Part shown: piece by piece, positions 1-11,043 of the stretch
How the letters are laid out: each line of letters opens with the position of its first letter
How positions within the stretch are numbered: the first letter of the stretch is position 1
Source: Candidatus Palauibacter sp.
GTDB taxonomy: Bacteria; Gemmatimonadota; Gemmatimonadetes; Palauibacterales; Palauibacteraceae
Assembly: GCF_965261555.1 (NCBI RefSeq)
Contig: NZ_OZ253465.1
Coordinates: 166,633 to 230,632, forward strand
Direction of reading: 5' to 3'
Length of the DNA: 64,000 nucleotides
Translations under genes and position numbers: made by a program
The notes under the pieces: model-generated
What the model saw: the letters and a program-made list of their open reading frames with translations, nothing else
What the model was told of the DNA's origin: nothing
Database searches by the model: none

Positions 1-561
1 GCCGTGGAAGAAGCGGCCTTCCTGGCGGCCGTGCGTCCGGTCGTCGGTGCAGTCGATGTCGAGGACGAGGCGCGAGGGGGGCGGTCCGGCCTTCGACTCG
101 ATGAACAGATCGGTGAGCAGGGCCTGCATCGCCTCCGGGTCGTGGCCGATCCTGTGGTACCGGCCCGGCTCACCCTCGGGCGCGTGTTCGAGCCGGTTGA
201 GCGTGCTCTTGCCGGCCAGGGCGGCGCAGTCCTTCCGGGTGGCTCCGGTCTTGTCGCCGAGAAGGCCCAGCACGGGATCGTGGCGCAGGTGGTCGTGATC
301 GTTGAGGTCCTCGAAGCCGAGGGCCAGGGCCACGATGCGCTGGGCCACCAGCGTGGAGACGGAGTGCTCGGTGCGCGCCGGATCGCGGTGGTCGGTGAAG
401 CAGGCCGCGAACCGGTCGAACAGGCTGTCCGCGCGCCCGATCTCCCGGAGCAGCAGCGTTCCGGCGTGGGAGGTGATCGTGCCGCCGTTGAACGCGGCCG
501 TGACTTTACGGCCCCGGAAGCCTTGAAAAGCGAACGATACGGGCTTACGCTGTGTCGGCAC
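1..561 (-). mobile_element. IS1380-family transposase gene, 5' part (runs off the left window edge)
   Basis: Not in the ORF track because there is no stop in the window. Hand translation of the minus strand from GTG at 561, preceded by AAAGGAGG, gives VPTQRKPVSFAFQGFRGRKVTAAFNGGTITSHAGTLLLREIGRADSLFDRFAACFTDHRDPARTEHSVSTLVAQRIVALALGFEDLNDHDHLRHDPVLG...LVLDIDCTDDRTHGRQEGRFFHG. I recognise this N-terminal pattern from IS1380 / DDE group-1 transposases. The + strand ORF 4..660 is its antisense shadow. The IS end should lie in the AT-rich stretch ~580-656, but I cannot define the inverted repeat. Confidence 0.7.
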
Positions 562-656
562 CGGTCCTCCTTTTTTGTAGCCGCCATGTTATTGGGGAAT
601 AACAAATTAGCGACTACTGGAGGCCGGTGCCTACTCCATCCTGTGAGAAATCCGGG

Positions 657-1466
657 CTAGCGTGGTGTCGCGGCAAGATCCGGCGGCAGCGTCGCCGCGG
701 GGCCCGAAGCGGCCGATCGCAGGTACCAATCGAACAGGGCGTCGCCGAACAGGAACGCGAGGGCCGCGCCGAGCGAGAGGAAGGTTCCGAATGGGACGGG
801 CCTCCCGGTGCGAAGTGCGACGGGCCCGAAGACGATGGATCCGGCGAGCGCTCCCAGGAAGATCGTGAGAAGGGCGCCACCGGGGCCGAGGAACGCTCCC
901 ACCATCGCCATCATCTTCACGTCGCCGCCGCCGAGCGCGGGCTTGCGGAATGCTCGTTCGCCGAGCCAGCCCACAATGTACATGAGGCCGAAGCCGAGCA
1001 GGGCCCCGACAAGGGCGGCGGGCGGCGACGCCGGCCCCGGGAGCGCGGAGAGGGCGAGGCCCGCAGCACACCCCCCGAGCGACAGCTCATCGGGGATGAT
1101 GTAGTGGCGCGCATCGATGACCGCGATTCCGATGAGCAGGGTGAAGAGGATCGCGCCCGCCAGCGCGCTCGGCGACGCGCCGTATGCCCAGACCATGCCT
1201 CCCCACACCAGAGCGGTCGCGACCTCGATCGCCGGGTAGCGCCAGGAGATGCGGACGCCGCAGTCGCGGCACCGTCGCCGCAGGAGCAGCCAGGAGAGAA
1301 CGGGGAGATTGTCGCGCCAACGGATCGTGGCCCCGCACGCCGGGCAGCGGCTGCGCGGACGCACGACGCTGTCTCCGGCGGGCATGCGCGTGATGCACAC
1401 GTTGAGGAAGGAGCCGAGCGCCGCGCCGAGCACGGCGGCCGCGCCCAGGGTAGCGGCGCCCGTCAA
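657..1466 (-). CDS. pilD: Prepilin peptidase / N-methyltransferase (peptidase A24, PilD)
   Basis: C-terminal ~270 aa of ORF 657..1790. It has the Cys-box [33 protein letters not shown], the catalytic Asp contexts [12 protein letters not shown] and [16 protein letters not shown], and is multi-TM. The upstream part of the ORF overlaps the trmH-like gene, so I moved the start to TTG 1466 (TTGA overlap with the upstream stop). Start uncertain. Confidence 0.8.
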   Translation of the reverse strand: MTGAATLGAAAVLGAALGSFLNVCITRMPAGDSVVRPRSRCPACGATIRWRDNLPVLSWLLLRRRCRDCGVRISWRYPAIEVATALVWGGMVWAYGASPSALAGAILFTLLIGIAVIDARHYIIPDELSLGGCAAGLALSALPGPASPPAALVGALLGFGLMYIVGWLGERAFRKPALGGGDVKMMAMVGAFLGPGGALLTIFLGALAGSIVFGPVALRTGRPVPFGTFLSLGAALAFLFGDALFDWYLRSAASGPAATLPPDLAATPR

Positions 1467-2230
1467 TCGGACGCCCGGGCCAGCAAACGGTCGAGCAGGA
1501 TGGCGCCGGCCGAGGCGACGTTCAGCGACTCCATGCCGCGGGTGAGCGGCACGGAGACGGCGCGGTCGGCGGCGGCGCGGAGAGAGGCGGAGACGCCGTG
1601 TGCCTCGCTCCCCAGCGCGAGCGCCACCGGTCCGGGAGATGGCCCCTCGAGCGGCGGGGCAGCGGCTGCGGCGACCCATATCGGGATCCCCCGCTCGGCG
1701 AGCCGCTCCACCGCCTCCCGGGCGTCCGTGCGGAAGACAGGGCTGCGGAACGACGCTCCCGCCGAGGCCCGCAGCGCCTTCGGCCCCCAAAAATCCGCAG
1801 CCTCCCCAACGCCGATCACGGCGGCTGCTCCGAGCGCGAGCGCGGTGCGCACGAGGGTGCCGACGTTGCCCGGGTCCTGCACGCCATCGAGAAGCACGAT
1901 GGCGCCGTCGCCCACGTCGTCCCAGCCGTACGCCGGGACCTCGCCGATCGCGAGGATGGGCTGGGGCGTGGCGGCATCCGCCAGCGTCCGGACGACGGCT
2001 TCGGGCACCGCCTCCGTGCGCACGCCCCGGGCCGCCGCTCGCGCGAGCAACTTCTCCACGTCCGGCTCATCCCCAACCGCGTCGGCGTGCAGCACGGCGA
2101 CCGTGCGACCCGCCCACTCGAGCATCTCGCCGACGAGCCGCCGCCCCTCGGCCAGGAAACGCCCGGTTTCCCGGCGTCCCTTTCCGCGGTGCAGCGACCG
2201 CCAGGTCTTGATCTCCGCGCGCGTCGGCAT
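1463..2230 (-). CDS. TrmH/SpoU-family RNA 2'-O-methyltransferase
   Basis: ORF 1463..2230. SpoU motifs [27 protein letters not shown] and [20 protein letters not shown], plus an N-terminal substrate-binding-like region. Confidence 0.85.
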   Translation of the reverse strand: MPTRAEIKTWRSLHRGKGRRETGRFLAEGRRLVGEMLEWAGRTVAVLHADAVGDEPDVEKLLARAAARGVRTEAVPEAVVRTLADAATPQPILAIGEVPAYGWDDVGDGAIVLLDGVQDPGNVGTLVRTALALGAAAVIGVGEAADFWGPKALRASAGASFRSPVFRTDAREAVERLAERGIPIWVAAAAAPPLEGPSPGPVALALGSEAHGVSASLRAAADRAVSVPLTRGMESLNVASAGAILLDRLLARASD

Positions 2231-2329
2231 GCCCTTATTTTACGCCGCGGCGCAACGCACTGTCATCGCGACGCGAGAGCGCACCCGAACTGGCGGACCG
2301 CACAGCCTCACGCGGAGTCGAGGAAGAAC

Positions 2330-3148
2330 GTGACAGGGAAGAACGCAGCCCGGGCGACGGCCCTCACGATCGCGGGAAGCGATTCGGGGGGCGGCGCCGG
2401 CATCCAGGCCGACCTCAAGACCTTCCACGCATTCGGCGTGTTCGGAACGAGTGCGGTCACCGCCGTGACCGCGCAGAACACGCTCGGGGTCCAGGCGGTG
2501 CAGGCGCTCGACCCGTCGATCGTGCGGCGCCAGGTTGAATCGGTGCGGGCGGATCTGCCGCCGGGGGCCGCGAAGACGGGGATGCTCGCCCACGAGGACA
2601 TCGTGCGGGCCGTCGTCGCGGGGCTGCATGGTTTTGAAGCACCGCTGGTCGTCGATCCCGTGATGGTGGCGACGAGCGGCGACCGGCTGCTCGACCCGGC
2701 CGCCGTCGCCGCCATCGTCGAGGAACTACTGCCTCTCGCCGCCCTCGTCACGCCGAACCTGCCGGAGGCCGAGATCCTGGCCGGACGGACCGTGAGCACA
2801 GAAGCCGACATGTCCGCGGCCGCTAGCGCCATCCTCGCGCGCGGAGCCGGGGCCGTGCTCGTGAAGGGCGGGCACCGGGAGGGCGAGGAGGTCGTCGACC
2901 TGTTCCGGGACGGGAATCGCGAGCGCGTGTGGCGGACGCCGCGCATCCGGACGACGGAAACCCACGGGACCGGTTGCACGCTCTCCGCCGCGATCACGGC
3001 CGGGCTGGCCTCGGGGCTCGACCTCGAGTCGGCGATCGAACGAGGGCTCGCCTTCACGCATGCCGCCATCGCGGCGGCGCCGGGTCTCGGCTCCGGCCGC
3101 GGTCCCCTGAATCACTGGGCCGACCCCGGAGCCGGCTCCCGCGACTGA
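2330..3148 (+). CDS. thiD: Hydroxymethylpyrimidine/phosphomethylpyrimidine kinase
   Basis: C-terminal 272 aa of ORF 1598..3148: [22 protein letters not shown]...[13 protein letters not shown]...KTGML...[10 protein letters not shown]...VKGGH...[12 protein letters not shown]. Start set to in-frame GTG 2330 after GGAG..GAGGAAG. The upstream part of the ORF overlaps the trmH-like gene on the opposite strand. Confidence 0.85.
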   Translation: MTGKNAARATALTIAGSDSGGGAGIQADLKTFHAFGVFGTSAVTAVTAQNTLGVQAVQALDPSIVRRQVESVRADLPPGAAKTGMLAHEDIVRAVVAGLHGFEAPLVVDPVMVATSGDRLLDPAAVAAIVEELLPLAALVTPNLPEAEILAGRTVSTEADMSAAASAILARGAGAVLVKGGHREGEEVVDLFRDGNRERVWRTPRIRTTETHGTGCTLSAAITAGLASGLDLESAIERGLAFTHAAIAAAPGLGSGRGPLNHWADPGAGSRD

Positions 3149-3151
3149 AAA

Positions 3152-5578
3152 CTATTCTCCGTACGGAACCCAGATGTTCTTGATCTGGGAGGCGTGCCGG
3201 AGAAACTCGCGTCCCTCGCCGCCGGAACCGAACCAGTCCCGCCCGTGAACGGTCTCCGTCCACGTGCGCTTCAGATTGGCGGCGGAGCGGCGCTCCACGT
3301 CGGCGGACCCCTCTTCCGTCCCGAAGTACCACATCCCATCCACCGCATCGTGGCCGGCGAGGGTGGGCCGCACTTCCTCCTCGAGGCCCGTAAGGATGTT
3401 GATGACCCCCGGAGGCACGTCCGAGGTCTCGATCACCTGTTGGAAGTCGGTCGCGGGGAGCGGCCAACGCTCCGAGGCGACGGCGACGACGGAGTTCCCG
3501 AGCGCGACCGGCGGGATCACGGTGGAGATGAAGCCCAGGAGGCCGGGTTCCGGCGGACAGACGACCGCCATCACGCCCAGCGGTTCGGGCATGGCGAGGG
3601 TCACGTTGCGGAAGGGCGTCCGGTGGACGGCACCATCCCACTTGTCCGCCCACGCCGCGTAGGTGAAGAGGCGCCCCACCGAGGCCTCGACCTCGCGCCG
3701 GGCCGCCTCCGCATCGCAGCCGGTGAGCGTGCGCAGCCGGTCCTCGAACGCTCCCCGGCGGGCGTCGAGATTCTCGCCCAGGTAGTAGAGGATCTGCGCC
3801 CGCAGGTGCGCCGTCGTCCGGGCCCAACCCGTGGCGAGCGCCGCCTCCACCGCGTTGCGCGCGTCCTTTCTGTTCCCGCGGGCCACATCCCCCGCGGCGC
3901 GTCCCCTGTGGTCGAGGACTTCGAGGCTGTAGCCGCCGTCCGGCCGGGCCTGCCGGCCACCGATGTAGAGCTTCGCCGTCCGGTCTATCGCGGGCAGCGG
4001 CGCCGCGACCGGGGCCGTCTCGCCGGTGTCTTCCCGCCCGTCGCGCACGTCTTCCCGTCCGTCGTCCTCCGCAGTCTCCGCGTGCTTCTCGGGGGTCGGC
4101 TCCTCAGGCTCGGGGCGCCGGCGGACATACTCCCGGAGCCCTTCCCGGCCGCCCTCGCGGCCGAACCCGCTCTCTCGGTAGCCGCCGAACCCGGACGCGG
4201 CGTCGAACACGTTCGTGCAGTTGATCCAGACCGTCCCGGCCTTGATCTGCGAGGCGATGTCGAGGGCGAGGTTCACGTTCTCGGTCCAGACGCTCGCGGC
4301 GAGGCCGTAGCGCGTGTTGTTCGCGAGCGCGACGGCCTCCGCGGGCGTGCGGAACGTCATCTGTACCACGACGGGACCGAAGATCTCGACCTGGGCGATC
4401 CGCGCGGCCGGCGACACGTCGGTGCAAAGCGTCGGCGGGTAGAACCAGCCGTCCTTCGGGACGCTCCAGGAGGGCTGCCAGATCGCGGCGCCCTCCTCGC
4501 GTCCTTCCTCGACGAGCGACTCGATCTTCTGCAACTGGACGGGCGCGATGATCGCGCCGATGTCGATGCCCTTGTCGAGCGGAGCCCCCATGCGGAGCGT
4601 CTCCATGCGGGCGCGCAGTCGGTCGGCGAGCGCGTCGGCGATCCCTTCGTGGGCGAGGATCCGCGAGCCGGCGCAGCACACCTGCCCCTGGTTGAACCAG
4701 ATCGCGTCGACGACGCCCTCGACGACGCTGTCGAGGTCCGCGTCGTCAAAGACGAGGAAGGGCGATTTCCCGCCGAGTTCGAGCGAGATCTTCTTGCCTG
4801 TTCCCGCCGTCGCCTCGCGGATGAGGCGCCCGACCTCCGTCGAGCCCGTGAAGGCGATCTTGTCGACGTCCGGGTGTTCGACGATCGCGGCGCCGGTGCG
4901 GCCATCGCCGGTGACGATGTTCACGACGCCCGGGGGGAGATCGACCTCGCGGCAGAGTTCCGCGAACCGGAGCGCGGTCAGGGACGTGAACTCGGCGGGC
5001 TTGAGGACGACGGTGTTCCCGGTGGCGAGGGCGGGCGCGATCTTCCACGCGAGCATGAGGAGCGGGAAGTTCCAGGGGATGATCTGGCCCGCGACGCCGA
5101 GCGGCTCGCAGTCCGCAAGTTCGGCGTCCATGAGCTGGGCCCAGCCCGCGTGGTGGTAGAAGTGCCGCGCGACGAGCGGAATGTCGATGTCGCGCGATTC
5201 GCGGATGGGCTTCCCGTTGTCGAGCGTCTCGAGCGTCGCGAAGAGCCGGGAGCGCTTCTGCAGGTGGCGGGCGAGCGCGTAGAGGTAGCGCGCCCGTCCG
5301 TGTCCCCCGAGGTCACGCCAGGCCGCCTGGACCGCCCGCGCCGCGGCCACCGCGCGGTCCACATCGCCGGGGCTGCCCTGCGCGATCTCGCCCAGCTGCT
5401 GCTCGTTGCTCGGATCGAGCGTCGCGAAGAACTCCCCGTCCGCCGGTTCGCACCAGGCGCCGCCGATGTAGTGTCCGAAGCGGGGCCCCCGTTCCGCGAT
5501 CCACGCCCGCGCCTCGTCCGCGGCCTCCGGGGCCGGACCGTACTCCATCGTCTCGAACAGTTCCGCGATCTTCGGCAT
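3152..5578 (-). CDS. Two-domain aldehyde dehydrogenase family protein (complete ALDH domain + truncated ALDH-like C-terminal domain)
   Basis: ORF 3152..5587. The N-terminal half has the ALDH motifs ELGGKSP and FNQGQVCCAGSRIL (catalytic Cys). The C-terminal ~300 aa is ALDH-like (VVCPPEPGLLGF..., GNSVVAVAS..., PPGVINILTG) but has no recognisable catalytic Cys. ATG 5578 is preferred over the TTG at 5587. Confidence 0.8.
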   Translation of the reverse strand: MPKIAELFETMEYGPAPEAADEARAWIAERGPRFGHYIGGAWCEPADGEFFATLDPSNEQQLGEIAQGSPGDVDRAVAAARAVQAAWRDLGGHGRARYLYALARHLQKRSRLFATLETLDNGKPIRESRDIDIPLVARHFYHHAGWAQLMDAELADCEPLGVAGQIIPWNFPLLMLAWKIAPALATGNTVVLKPAEFTSLTALRFAELCREVDLPPGVVNIVTGDGRTGAAIVEHPDVDKIAFTGSTEVGRLIREATAGTGKKISLELGGKSPFLVFDDADLDSVVEGVVDAIWFNQGQVCCAGSRILAHEGIADALADRLRARMETLRMGAPLDKGIDIGAIIAPVQLQKIESLVEEGREEGAAIWQPSWSVPKDGWFYPPTLCTDVSPAARIAQVEIFGPVVVQMTFRTPAEAVALANNTRYGLAASVWTENVNLALDIASQIKAGTVWINCTNVFDAASGFGGYRESGFGREGGREGLREYVRRRPEPEEPTPEKHAETAEDDGREDVRDGREDTGETAPVAAPLPAIDRTAKLYIGGRQARPDGGYSLEVLDHRGRAAGDVARGNRKDARNAVEAALATGWARTTAHLRAQILYYLGENLDARRGAFEDRLRTLTGCDAEAARREVEASVGRLFTYAAWADKWDGAVHRTPFRNVTLAMPEPLGVMAVVCPPEPGLLGFISTVIPPVALGNSVVAVASERWPLPATDFQQVIETSDVPPGVINILTGLEEEVRPTLAGHDAVDGMWYFGTEEGSADVERRSAANLKRTWTETVHGRDWFGSGGEGREFLRHASQIKNIWVPYGE

Positions 5579-5618
5579 CTCCCTCAACCCCCTCTCAACC
5601 CGACCCTCGCCCCCGGCC

Positions 5619-6662
5619 TCATCCCAGCGGATGCCGGTGGTAGGCGGAGTACCGCCCCGTCACGTGGTGCTCCAGCTGGCGTTCGATGTCCGCGAGGAGC
5701 GAACTCGCGCCGAAGCGGAACAGCGACCGGTCGAGCCATGCCCCGCCCAGTTCTTCCTTCACGAGAATCAGCCACTCCAGGGCCTGTTTCGCCTTCCCGA
5801 CTCCGCCGGCCGGCTTCAGACCCACGTGGAAGCCGGAGAGTTGCCGGTAGGCGCGGATCGCGCGCGCCATCACGAGCCCGACGGGGAGCGTCGCGTTGAC
5901 CTTCTCCTTGCCCGTCGAGGTCTTGATGAAGTCGGCTCCGGCCATCATGCACGTCCAGCTCGCGCGGGCGACGTTGCGCAGGCTCCCGAGTTCGCCCGTG
6001 GCCATGATCGTCTTCAGGTGTGCTTCGCCGCACGCCTCGCGGAAGGCGCGGACCTCGTCGTACAGCGCCTGCCAGTCGCCGGTGAGCGCGTGGCGGCGGG
6101 TGATGACGATGTCGATCTCGCGCGCCCCCGCCTCGACGGCCTCGTGGATCTCCTCGACGCGCTGGGCGAACGGCGTGAGACCGGCGGGGAAGCCGGCGGC
6201 GACCGCGCACACCGGGATGTCGTCGCCGGCGAGCGCTTCCACGACGGCCGGAACCATCGTCGGATACACGCAGACGGAGGCCACGCGCAGGCCGAGATCT
6301 TCCACGTCCAGCGCGCGGAGCAGGTCGGGACGGACGGGCTGGCGGGCCTTGGCGGCGAGGCGGGCCACGCGTCCCGGGGTGTCGTCGCCGGCGAGCGTCG
6401 TGAGGTCGACCATCGTCACGGCGCGGAGGAGCCAGGCCGCCTGCCACTCCTTCTTGACGCTGCGGCGCTTCCCGAGCGTGGCGGCGCGGCGTTCGATCGC
6501 GCTGCGGTTCGCGGCCTGATCCCGGATCAGGTCCAGGTCGAGCGGGATCCCCGCGTTTCGCGCCCGCATGGGCACCACGGCGGCGCCCCCCGCGCTGCGA
6601 ACAGGAGGGCTGGGCGACGTTGCGGGATTGGGCGAGACGCTCGGTTCCGGTGCCTTGGTCAT
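5619..6662 (-). CDS. deoC: Deoxyribose-phosphate aldolase (long form)
   Basis: ORF 5619..6749. TTLAGDDTPG, VASVCVYP, VCAVAAGFPAG, REIDIVI, LKTIMATGEL and the Schiff-base Lys context ADFIKTSTGK. Start set to ATG 6662 (MTKAPEP...). Confidence 0.8.
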   Translation of the reverse strand: MTKAPEPSVSPNPATSPSPPVRSAGGAAVVPMRARNAGIPLDLDLIRDQAANRSAIERRAATLGKRRSVKKEWQAAWLLRAVTMVDLTTLAGDDTPGRVARLAAKARQPVRPDLLRALDVEDLGLRVASVCVYPTMVPAVVEALAGDDIPVCAVAAGFPAGLTPFAQRVEEIHEAVEAGAREIDIVITRRHALTGDWQALYDEVRAFREACGEAHLKTIMATGELGSLRNVARASWTCMMAGADFIKTSTGKEKVNATLPVGLVMARAIRAYRQLSGFHVGLKPAGGVGKAKQALEWLILVKEELGGAWLDRSLFRFGASSLLADIERQLEHHVTGRYSAYHRHPLG

Positions 6663-6848
6663 GGCTTGAATATCGCGCACTCTCCTCGCACGGGCGAGCG
6701 AACGCCTCCCGCGGCCGCCATCCTCCATTATGAGGACGGCGATGTCCATGACGCGGTCTTGAGCAGATCCCCTTGCACACGGCCGGACGCTACCTTATTC
6801 CGCAGCCGGGCGCCGCTTCATTCCGCAGCGTGCGGCCCGCTACCGTGA

Positions 6849-9014
<2,166 letters not shown>

Positions 9015-9038
9015 TCGCGGAGCGGACGGCGTGGTGCG

Positions 9039-9228
9039 CTACGGCACGATGTCGTAGCGCACCACGTACGGGATGTCGAGCGCGTCCGTCTCCACGACCC
9101 AGACCTCGGTCCGGTTCGCGTAGGACACCCGCGAGGTGGCGGGAAGCCGAAACCAGCCGATACTCTCTGTAGGACGATTGGGGCGCAGAAACTCCCCCCG
9201 CGGATAGTTCGTCCTCGTGCTTGCGCTC
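9039..9228 (-). pseudogene. Relic: last ~55 codons of a 6-bladed beta-propeller paralog (no start, no N-terminal blades)
   Basis: The tail of ORF 9039..9545 reads ...GEFLRPNRPTESIGWFRLPATSRVSYANRTEVWVVETDALDIPYVVRYDIVP*. It aligns with the C-termini of the propeller genes at 12881.. (VWALH.GSLDESSIVALDIEGL*) and 20734.. (...AFGVPSVIRYDR*). It begins immediately after the stop of peptide gene P1. Confidence 0.5.
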
Positions 9229-9483
9229 CTATTCGATGATAATGAGTTCCGGTAGGCAACACCACTCGTATGCCGTAAAGCACGTCGAGCCTTGACAGTT
9301 CCCCAAGTAGACGTGCTGCATGTGCACGCACGGACCCAAGTCCTCCTCCGACTCCTCCGGGCACGCATTCCCGCTCGGCGGTCCGTCCAGCACCGCTGAA
9401 CCGATCGCCATTGGAGCAACCGCGAGGATGAAGACCGCCGCCAGCAGGGTGGCGACGCGGATGATCTGTGCGTAACACCACAT
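9229..9483 (-). CDS. Cys-rich secreted mini-protein P1 (84 aa, 6 Cys after a signal-like segment)
   Basis: Internal ATG of ORF 9229..9594, preceded by GGAGAGGAGG. Sequence: MWCYAQIIRVATLLAAVFILAVAPMAIGSAVLDGPPSGNACPEESEEDLGPCVHMQHVYLGNCQGSTCFTAYEWCCLPELIIIE. About 50% identical to P2, with identical Cys spacing. Confidence 0.65.
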   Translation of the reverse strand: MWCYAQIIRVATLLAAVFILAVAPMAIGSAVLDGPPSGNACPEESEEDLGPCVHMQHVYLGNCQGSTCFTAYEWCCLPELIIIE

Positions 9484-9545
9484 GTTCCTACCTCCTCTCC
9501 GAACTCGATAGGCCTTGGTTCCGGCCCCAGCGCAAGATTCCCCAA

Positions 9546-9573
9546 GCTTGCGCCGGTACGTACCGGCGCAAGC
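9546..9573. promoter_or_regulatory. Perfect 28-nt palindrome GCTTGCGCCGGTAC|GTACCGGCGCAAGC between the propeller gene and P1
   Basis: Read directly from the sequence. The two 14-nt arms are exact reverse complements. Function is unknown (hairpin/attenuator or dimeric-regulator operator). Confidence 0.5.
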
Positions 9574-9636
9574 GTACGGGAGTTGCGACTCCACTGTGTG
9601 CTTCTCCGTCCGAGCCCCGTCGCATCAGTTCAATCG

Positions 9637-10773
9637 TCAATCGGGATTCTCCCTGCGGAAGCTGAGCCTTGCGATCCGCCAAGGCGGGAAACGGGTGTCA
9701 GCGAGGAGGTACAGGTGCCGACCGCCACCCAGAACCCGGGAGTTCTCCGGCAACGGCACGTCCTCGTAGAGCTTGCGGCCGGTGTGCCGGTCGTAGATGT
9801 CGAGGGAGGAATGGTACGCCCCGAAAGGTCCACCGGACTTCGGGTAACCGAAACTGCCGTGCACAACGACGAGGCGGGAACCCACTACGGCGAGGTGCGA
9901 GATCGTGGTGCGCCCCCCAAGCAGGTCCGACACCTGCGTGGCGAACCCAGCTGGCGAGAAGGCGCCCGACTCGAATACGGGAACCAGTTCGAACGCCGCG
10001 GGGGGAACACCGATCTCTCCGATCGAGTCACCTGCCGTGTTCAGAATCGCCACCGGATAGCGCAGCGAAAACGCCATATAGATGGAATCGCCCGCCAAAT
10101 CGAACGAGAGGCGCGCGATCGAATTCCAATAGGGTCTCTCCGCCGGAAGGAACGGCCACATGAATGAACTCCACGTCAGTTCATCCTCTGCGAGGCGATG
10201 CAGCATTAGGGGGCGACGATAGAAGCGTGATCGTGGATCGTCCCCTCCCGATTCGCTGGCAAGCCTCATCTCGAGCAGAAGATCGTCGTCCAAGGTCTTG
10301 ACCCGTGAGGGAACTCCGGGTAGCCGCTTCGTAGTATCCGGCCGCAGGTCTCCGGTAAGCCACGTCAATCGAGCCTGGCGACCATCAACTACGGCTACTC
10401 GTCCGGACGCGGTCTCCGCCAGACCATCGATGCTCTGGAACTCGAACGGGCCCGCTCCAAATCGTCCGAAGGCCGCCTCGAGCCGCCCTTGGGCGTCGTA
10501 GCTCCGGACGCGGGGGAGCTGTCCGTCGCTCAGGAGGAAGCCACCTTCCGCACGTTCCTGAAAGATACCGGGCACGGCGATCGAATCCCGCGCACTCTCC
10601 TCGAGCGCGACAACCGTGGTATCGAACACACTGTCAAGCGCGACTCCGACCGCTGGCTGTGCGGGATCCGGCACCGCGTCGCATGCCGCGATTACCGAAA
10701 CCGTCACTATTACCGCATGGCGGGACAACCACACCCGCTGGCGGAGAGCAGTCAACAGCCTATTGAATGACAA
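9637..10773 (-). CDS. 6-bladed beta-propeller-type lipoprotein (propA)
   Basis: ORF 9637..10773 with a TTG start. Lipobox-like VSVIAAC. Blade-type motif FGRFGAGPFEFQSIDGL and repeated hydrophobic-strand/D-x-G patterns. Paralogous to 12778.., 17232.. and the C-terminal half of 20734... Start uncertain. It overlaps the P2 stop by 14 nt. Confidence 0.75.
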   Translation of the reverse strand: MSFNRLLTALRQRVWLSRHAVIVTVSVIAACDAVPDPAQPAVGVALDSVFDTTVVALEESARDSIAVPGIFQERAEGGFLLSDGQLPRVRSYDAQGRLEAAFGRFGAGPFEFQSIDGLAETASGRVAVVDGRQARLTWLTGDLRPDTTKRLPGVPSRVKTLDDDLLLEMRLASESGGDDPRSRFYRRPLMLHRLAEDELTWSSFMWPFLPAERPYWNSIARLSFDLAGDSIYMAFSLRYPVAILNTAGDSIGEIGVPPAAFELVPVFESGAFSPAGFATQVSDLLGGRTTISHLAVVGSRLVVVHGSFGYPKSGGPFGAYHSSLDIYDRHTGRKLYEDVPLPENSRVLGGGRHLYLLADTRFPPWRIARLSFRRENPD

Positions 10774-11017
10774 CGACTAGTTCCGGGAGGCAGCACCACT
10801 CTTCCGCCGTCCAGCACGACGAGCCCTCGCATTGCCCCTTGTAGTCATGCGCCAGCTCCACGCACGGGCCAAGTTCCTCTTCCCACGCCTCGACGCACGG
10901 GTCGATGCCTTCCTGTCCACCCAACGCCGCTGGACCCACGGTCGTAGATGCAACGGCGAAGATGAAGGCTACCGCTAGCACGGTGGCGATACGTGTGAGC
11001 AGTGCCAACTTGTCCAT
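10760..11017 (-). CDS. Cys-rich secreted mini-protein P2 (85 aa, 6 Cys)
   Basis: ORF 10760..11017 with ATG preceded by AAGGAGGG. Sequence: MDKLALLTRIATVLAVAFIFAVASTTVGPAALGGQEGIDPCVEAWEEELGPCVELAHDYKGQCEGSSCWTAEEWCCLPELVVVIQ. The mature part is acidic. Cys at 41, 52, 63, 68, 75 and 76, the same as in P1. Confidence 0.7.
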   Translation of the reverse strand: MDKLALLTRIATVLAVAFIFAVASTTVGPAALGGQEGIDPCVEAWEEELGPCVELAHDYKGQCEGSSCWTAEEWCCLPELVVVIQ

Positions 11018-11043
11018 GTTGTCCCTCCTTACAGATTCAGGAA

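Noticed and set aside
2231-2329. Possible TPP riboswitch upstream of thiD
   Set aside because: I found no THI-box elements (no CTGAGA / ACCTGATCTGGATAATGC-like core) in the 99-nt intergenic region.
627-2333. Very long ORFs antisense to recognised genes, for example 627..2333(+), 3194..5899(+), 6840..8723(-), 27044..30736(-), 31248..34673(-), 46129..49509(+), 49425..51431(+), 53682..55361(+)
   Set aside because: They are Arg/Pro/Gly/Ala-rich with no motifs. Each lies opposite a gene with unmistakable family signatures (pilD/trmH, ALDH, katG, dnaK/htrA, tig/clpPX, topA, aroC, pilMN). They are typical stop-poor shadow frames of high-GC DNA.
6797-6829. Direct repeat ATTCCGCAGC x2 (6797-6806, 6820-6829) upstream of katG as an OxyR/PerR-type operator
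   Set aside because: It does not resemble the binding motifs I know for peroxide regulators. A 10-nt repeat could be chance, so I note it only.
9229-11017. Reading CCLPEL in P1/P2 as a sortase LPxTG-type sorting signal
   Set aside because: The sequence lacks the T-G, has no following TM segment plus basic tail, the organism looks diderm, and no sortase gene is present. I treat it as a family-specific motif of unknown role.
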